Source: Candidatus Spechtbacteria bacterium
GTDB lineage: Bacteria > Patescibacteriota > Minisyncoccia > Spechtbacterales > JACPHP01
Direction of reading: 5' to 3'
DNA length: 64,000 nucleotides
Assembly: GCA_016188605.1 (NCBI GenBank)
Contig: JACPHP010000009.1
Span: forward strand, 24,786 to 88,785
The translations under genes and the position numbers were made by a program. Positions 59,951-64,000 of this stretch are shown here, piece by piece (positions within the stretch are counted from its first letter, which is position 1; every line of letters starts with the position of its first letter). The notes below the pieces were generated by a model, which saw nothing but the letters and a program-made list of their open reading frames with translations, made no database searches and was not told the DNA's origin.

Positions 59951-60922
59951 TCATTGGTTGGAGTAAAAGTGCTCTTCTAGTAATTTACTGCGAGAAAAAG
60001 GGTAATGAAAAAGCAGGGTATTGTCGTCAATAATCATTTGTACCGGCTCCAGTTGTTTTTCATTGACACTGTGAACTATTCGCATCCTTTGGAAGTATCG
60101 CGCGCTTTGTTCAAGCATTACTCCAATTCCGCATGAGTTCATTATAAATTCAATAGTCAATTTTATTGCAAGTAATAAACGAGCTGGCTTAAATCCAAGC
60201 GCCGCGATTTTAGAGTTGTTGATTAGGGGCATATATTGAAGCATCCATTCATTTGTCTCGCCAATTTTTTTGAAATTATCTTGACCCCAATATGGCATTG
60301 CGGCTGCATAAATATGGGCAGTAGAAAGTATTTGGGGGTTGAGATGCGCGCTAGCTTTAGAAATATTGTTGCTATCTATGCTTATATAGTGGTTAAGGCA
60401 TATTTGGTCACAAATAAGGGTTTTGTGTCGGTATTTGCCAAGCAGCCATGTAAACATTCCCACAAGAAATCTTGTGAGCCAAACACGACCCGGAGCGCTT
60501 GCGATAAGAACATCAATATCGCTATCAGCCGTTGCGCTATCACGCACAACAGAGCCGGTTAACGTAACCACGCGCACGTAAGGAATATACGGATAGAAAC
60601 GCGCAATTTGTTGAAATACACGTCGTTTCTCAACGCTTATTTTTCTCGAGCGTATTCTTTGCCAGTAAGAATTTTTTGGAGATTCGATTAAAAAGAAATA
60701 ACCGTTTGATTCTATAATTTTTTTTTGCGCGATAAGTCCGTCGAGAGTTTTAAAGATTTCTTGCAGCGAAATTCTGTGTTTGTCCTGTTGATTTTTGTCT
60801 TGTGGCGCCCAAGTCAAATAACGCATCAGCTCAAGCGGAGTCAGCGCGTATAAATGAAGCGGCTTGTAGTATGTAAAAGTCGCAAGCAACGCTCTTTCGA
60901 GGTTAATTCTATCCATAACCAA
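59951..60922 (-). CDS. Nucleotidyltransferase-fold protein (pol-beta superfamily)
   Basis: NTase signature LTGSVVRDSATADSDIDVLI (GS...DxD). 323 aa. Specific family not recognised. Confidence 0.45.
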   Translation of the reverse strand: MVMDRINLERALLATFTYYKPLHLYALTPLELMRYLTWAPQDKNQQDKHRISLQEIFKTLDGLIAQKKIIESNGYFFLIESPKNSYWQRIRSRKISVEKRRVFQQIARFYPYIPYVRVVTLTGSVVRDSATADSDIDVLIASAPGRVWLTRFLVGMFTWLLGKYRHKTLICDQICLNHYISIDSNNISKASAHLNPQILSTAHIYAAAMPYWGQDNFKKIGETNEWMLQYMPLINNSKIAALGFKPARLLLAIKLTIEFIMNSCGIGVMLEQSARYFQRMRIVHSVNEKQLEPVQMIIDDNTLLFHYPFSRSKLLEEHFYSNQ

Positions 60923-60932
60923 CTAATAATCA

Positions 60933-61015
60933 TCAACGAATAACGAATCCACTACAAATAAACGAATTAACTGGTCGAGTATTCGTAAATTCGTACACGA
61001 TTCGTTATTCGTTGA
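60933..61015. repeat. Second copy of the MITE-like element with tcaacgaataacgaatcc / cgattcgttattcgttga termini
   Basis: It lies exactly between the stop of the 537-aa gene (61016) and the start of the NTase gene (60922). The interior resembles an inverted version of the interior of the 53786-53870 copy. Confidence 0.65.
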
Positions 61016-62629
61016 TTATTTACCCACCAACTGGTCAAGCGCAAAATACGCGGAGTTTTTAGATGTGGCAATGAGCAGATAATCGTTAACTAGCGCGTAA
61101 TTTAACCCCGTGGGGGAAATGGGCATATTGTTGTAGCGAACAATAATTCCAGCAGGATAGCTAATAGAAAAACCAGTGTAATTTGCTGTTTTCCAGCCCG
61201 TTGTTTGATCAAAAAGCGGAGAACCTAGAATAATAGGCATAAATAGCTGAACCAGGTTTTGTTCTTGATCGGAAATTGTATTTTGTACGGCAGTTTCGTG
61301 CGCGGGTAAAATCTTGAATATAATGCCAAGGCGCGACGAATAGCAGGAGATGTCAAAATTATTTATTTCCGTACATTTATTCTTTTCTTCCTCGCCAGGC
61401 GTATATATATAAAGCATGGGCGCGGGATCAAGAGAGTCTATAAGCGTTTGCGGGAGCTGGACATTGAGCAAGCTAAGAAGCTCTTTTGTTTGCAAGTAAG
61501 AATTATCTGTTAATTTTTTAATTGGCAAATAGGTTATTGTTTTAGGCGAGTTGATTGAATGTTCTAATGCGCGTAATTGTTCTACCAAAAACGACTCATT
61601 TCCTTTTTGTAATTCAATAATTTGTTGTGGTGTTTGGAAGAATGGACTGGGTGTTGCGGGTGCAACGGGGGTGGACGGAGCGCTCGGCGCGGCAGGCGCG
61701 GAGGGTTGCAAATAGACTCTCCAGTAAACAAATCCTCCGATTCCGCTGCCAACAATTAGTATACCGAGTAAAATTGCTACAAACTGCAAGATATTCGCGC
61801 GTCTTTTAGGAATTTCTTCGTATAATTGAGCTTCTGTTTGCGGAAATTTTCTTGTCGGCGACAATGGGGGAGCAGTAATCGGTCTTTGCGGCATTGTCAA
61901 TTGTGGCGACTGAGGCAGTGGTTTTTCTTGTAAGCGCATTGGCGTTGAAGACAATCCTAAAATTTCTTCAGGTGTTTTTAGCCCCCCCTCTTTACTAGGA
62001 ATAATTTGTCTTATCGGTCTTGTTTCTTTTTCTATACTAGGTAGGTTGGGCGGCGGAGCGGCAGTGAGGGGTTGTGGGCGAAGTGGGGGCGGAGGTAGCG
62101 CGGACGGGGGTGTTGGCGTAACAATAGGCCTTGTCGCTGTGGGTAAGGGCAAGGGTTTTTCTGCCGCAACTGAAACCGTTGGAGGTATTGCGCGTTCTTT
62201 TAAGATTTGTTCAAGCTCCTCTTCTTCTACAGGAATAAAATTTTTAGGAAGCTGAGTGGAAGGTGTTGCTGGTTTTGTCGGTGCCTGTGGACGCAAAGCA
62301 AGCTCGCCCAATTTAGGTTCACCTAGTTTTGGTTCATCTAGTTTTGGTGCGGGCTGATGCGTGTTTTGAGTTGGCTTGACTGGTATGGGTGGCGCGGGCA
62401 TAAAAGGCCTCTGTGGCGCAGGTCGTATTGGCACAGAAGGTTTTGCTGGTGATATTTGTGAAATCGGAGCAGATGGTTTTTTGAGTTGTTCCAACACACC
62501 TTCTTTTTTGTAGGGCTCTATGCCAGTAGGCAGGGGTTGTTTGAGCTGCCCTTGTTGTTTGCGTCGTGAGTCCTCAATGTCTTGAGACATTGTATGGATT
62601 CTACCGAGTGAAGACACGCTAGTGGGCAT
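61016..62629 (-). CDS. Proline-rich single-pass membrane protein with a C-terminal globular domain (hypothetical)
   Basis: About 270 aa Pro-rich, with repeats DEPKLGEPKLGEL, then TM segment ILQFVAILLGILIVGSGIGGFVYW, then a domain of about 230 aa. No motif recognised. Confidence 0.4.
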   Translation of the reverse strand: MPTSVSSLGRIHTMSQDIEDSRRKQQGQLKQPLPTGIEPYKKEGVLEQLKKPSAPISQISPAKPSVPIRPAPQRPFMPAPPIPVKPTQNTHQPAPKLDEPKLGEPKLGELALRPQAPTKPATPSTQLPKNFIPVEEEELEQILKERAIPPTVSVAAEKPLPLPTATRPIVTPTPPSALPPPPLRPQPLTAAPPPNLPSIEKETRPIRQIIPSKEGGLKTPEEILGLSSTPMRLQEKPLPQSPQLTMPQRPITAPPLSPTRKFPQTEAQLYEEIPKRRANILQFVAILLGILIVGSGIGGFVYWRVYLQPSAPAAPSAPSTPVAPATPSPFFQTPQQIIELQKGNESFLVEQLRALEHSINSPKTITYLPIKKLTDNSYLQTKELLSLLNVQLPQTLIDSLDPAPMLYIYTPGEEEKNKCTEINNFDISCYSSRLGIIFKILPAHETAVQNTISDQEQNLVQLFMPIILGSPLFDQTTGWKTANYTGFSISYPAGIIVRYNNMPISPTGLNYALVNDYLLIATSKNSAYFALDQLVGK

Positions 62630-62770
62630 AGTCTAAAATTTCCAATGATCAATTTACAATTTTCAATGAATTAACAAACTCAATTTTAATACGTATTGCG
62701 TATTTGGAAATTAGGTCATTTAGTCATTGATTGTGAATTGAAAATTGGTGCTTGAAAATTAGTTTTGTTT
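62630..62770. repeat. Palindromic intergenic element, 'ttttcaa' heptamer family (same family as 9594-9796)
   Basis: aaatttccaatgatcaatttacaattttcaatgaattaac ... tagtcattgattgtgaattgaaaattggtgcttgaaaattag, with centre acgtattgcgtat. Confidence 0.6.
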
Positions 62771-64000
62771 CTACATCGCCTGTTTTCGCGAAAGTCCAAC
62801 TTTCCCCTGCTCGTCTATTTTAACAACCTTAACGGGAATAATATCTCCTACCTTAACGATATCCTCTACGCTTTTTACGTATGTTGATGCAAGCTCTGAA
62901 ACATGCACGAGACCCTCTTGGCCAGGTAGGTATTCCACAAATGCGCCAAACTCTGCAATTTTCACTACTTTGGCTTGGAATAGCTCCCCTATCTTTGTTT
63001 CGTGAGTTAAGTTTTGGATTCTTTCAATCGCGCGCTTGCCGTCTGTTTGATTTTGCGCGGTAACAAATACCGTTCCATCATCTTCAATATCAATTTTAGT
63101 ATTTGTCTCGGCAATAATTTCATTAATAGTCTTCCCGCCAGTGCCTATTACTAATCTTATCTTACTTGGGTTAATTTTCAAAACCTGCACAAGCGGCGCG
63201 TAAGGTGAAAGTGTCGCGCGCGGCTCTTCTATTGCTTCAGATACTGTCGCAAGAATTTTCATGCGAGCTTTTTTACCATGTCGTAATGCCTCTTTTAGAA
63301 TATCAACCGTAATCCCTTCTATTTTAACATCCATCTGAATTGCAGTCACGCCATTCTTTGTGCCAGCAACTTTAAAGTCCATATCGCCATGGTGATCTTC
63401 GGGTCCTTGGATGTCGGTAAGCACTTGCGCGGATCCGTCAGAGCCCATCATTAAGCCAATAGCAATGCCCGCTACTGCTGCTTTGATTGGTACGCCAGCG
63501 TCCATCAAAGCCAGCGAGGCCGAGGTGGCGGAACCCTGTGAAGACGATCCATTTGAGGATAGTGTTTCAGAAACTATGCGAATTGTGTATGGAAAATCTT
63601 CCACGTTGGGGATAACCGCCTCCAGCGCGCGCTCCGCAAGAGCTCCATGGCCGATTTCGCGTCTGCCTGGACCGCGGTTGGGAGTTGGCTCGCCGACAGA
63701 GAAACCAGGAAAATTGTAGTGAAGCATAAAACGCTTCGTGTATTCCCCTGTCATTTCTTCCATTATTTGCGCGTCGCCAGGCGCTCCCAGCGTGCAAACA
63801 GATAGTACGTGAGTGAGTCCGCGCATGAAAAGACCAGAGCCGTGCGTGCGAGGCAAAAATCCAACATTGGCGCTAATAGAGCGTAGTTCGTCAGGCTTTC
63901 TGCCATCAACGCGTATGCCCCGCAATGCTTTTTCGTGAACAAGGCGGTTAATTTCTTCTTCAAAAAGGGCGAGAGCTGTTTCGCGGCGCATTTTGTCGTC
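62771..64000 (-). CDS. pnp: Polyribonucleotide nucleotidyltransferase (PNPase), C-terminal about 410 aa (second RNase PH domain, KH, S1); N-terminus beyond the window end
   Basis: [15 protein letters not shown] start of the second PH domain. KH region. S1 motif [33 protein letters not shown]. The reading frame stays open upstream of the ORF-track Met to position 64000. Confidence 0.8.
   Translation of the reverse strand, partial: DDKMRRETALALFEEEINRLVHEKALRGIRVDGRKPDELRSISANVGFLPRTHGSGLFMRGLTHVLSVCTLGAPGDAQIMEEMTGEYTKRFMLHYNFPGFSVGEPTPNRGPGRREIGHGALAERALEAVIPNVEDFPYTIRIVSETLSSNGSSSQGSATSASLALMDAGVPIKAAVAGIAIGLMMGSDGSAQVLTDIQGPEDHHGDMDFKVAGTKNGVTAIQMDVKIEGITVDILKEALRHGKKARMKILATVSEAIEEPRATLSPYAPLVQVLKINPSKIRLVIGTGGKTINEIIAETNTKIDIEDDGTVFVTAQNQTDGKRAIERIQNLTHETKIGELFQAKVVKIAEFGAFVEYLPGQEGLVHVSELASTYVKSVEDIVKVGDIIPVKVVKIDEQGKVGLSRKQAM

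Noticed and set aside
1-64000. tRNA or rRNA genes
   Set aside because: No T-loop-like GGTTCGAATCC/GGTTCAAATCC (or complements) with a matching acceptor stem was found on reading. There are no long GC-balanced non-coding stretches compatible with rRNA. A proper tRNAscan/Infernal run is needed to be certain.

Overview
This 64-kb window comes from a low-GC genome of short genes with minimal intergenic space. The gene content (DciA-like protein, short PolA, class A PBP, Mur ligase and FemAB genes, and T4SS-like components) looks to me like Candidate Phyla Radiation / Patescibacteria. I could not run any taxonomic test, so that is recall only.

The window spans the chromosomal replication-origin neighbourhood: dnaA and dnaN on the minus strand, diverging from rpmH-rnpA-yidD-yidC-jag on the plus strand, with DnaA-box-like motifs in both flanking intergenic regions.

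Other readable genes are:
- DNA repair and replication: ruvA, ruvB, yebC, ruvC, uvrB, uvrD/pcrA-like, polA, holA and comM.
- Translation and RNA: rpsT, tyrS, ksgA and a partial pnp.
- Peptidoglycan: a MurE-like ligase, FemAB, PBP1A, a LysM-M23 peptidase, a Wzx/MurJ-like flippase and an O-antigen-ligase-like protein.
- A Bat/MoxR operon (moxR, DUF58, vWA, TPR, vWA).
- A 7TM-like membrane protein next to an ATP-grasp::retropepsin fusion.
- An orphan PilB/GspE ATPase.

The standout is a minus-strand cluster of about 13 kb (39.9-52.9 kb) that looks like a minimal type IV secretion / pilus-like apparatus:
- a VirB6/TrbL-like polytopic protein;
- a VirB3-like small membrane protein;
- a VirB4-type ATPase apparently split into an N-domain ORF and a Walker A / DEAW C-domain ORF, with a palindromic element between them;
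- three tandem paralogous secreted proteins sharing a signal peptide, a conserved 'ALEL(Q/S)YP' motif and a two-helix pilin-like (TrbC/VirB2-like) membrane module. Their C-terminal domains are different cell-wall or glycan hydrolases: CHAP peptidase, lysozyme-like, and GH5-like.

No relaxase, VirD4 or integrase is visible.

The non-coding DNA is also unusual. Almost every intergenic region of 100 bp or more is a long imperfect palindrome built from degenerate heptanucleotide tandem arrays around a GC-rich hairpin. I could separate at least four word families. There are also nested small hairpin repeat families and a near-identical inverted-repeat pair of about 140 bp flanking a 3.9-kb segment. 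The same heptamer arrays occur in-frame inside coding genes (the MurE-like ligase, ksgA), and uvrB carries a 54-bp perfect palindrome in frame. No rRNA, tRNA or CRISPR array could be supported.
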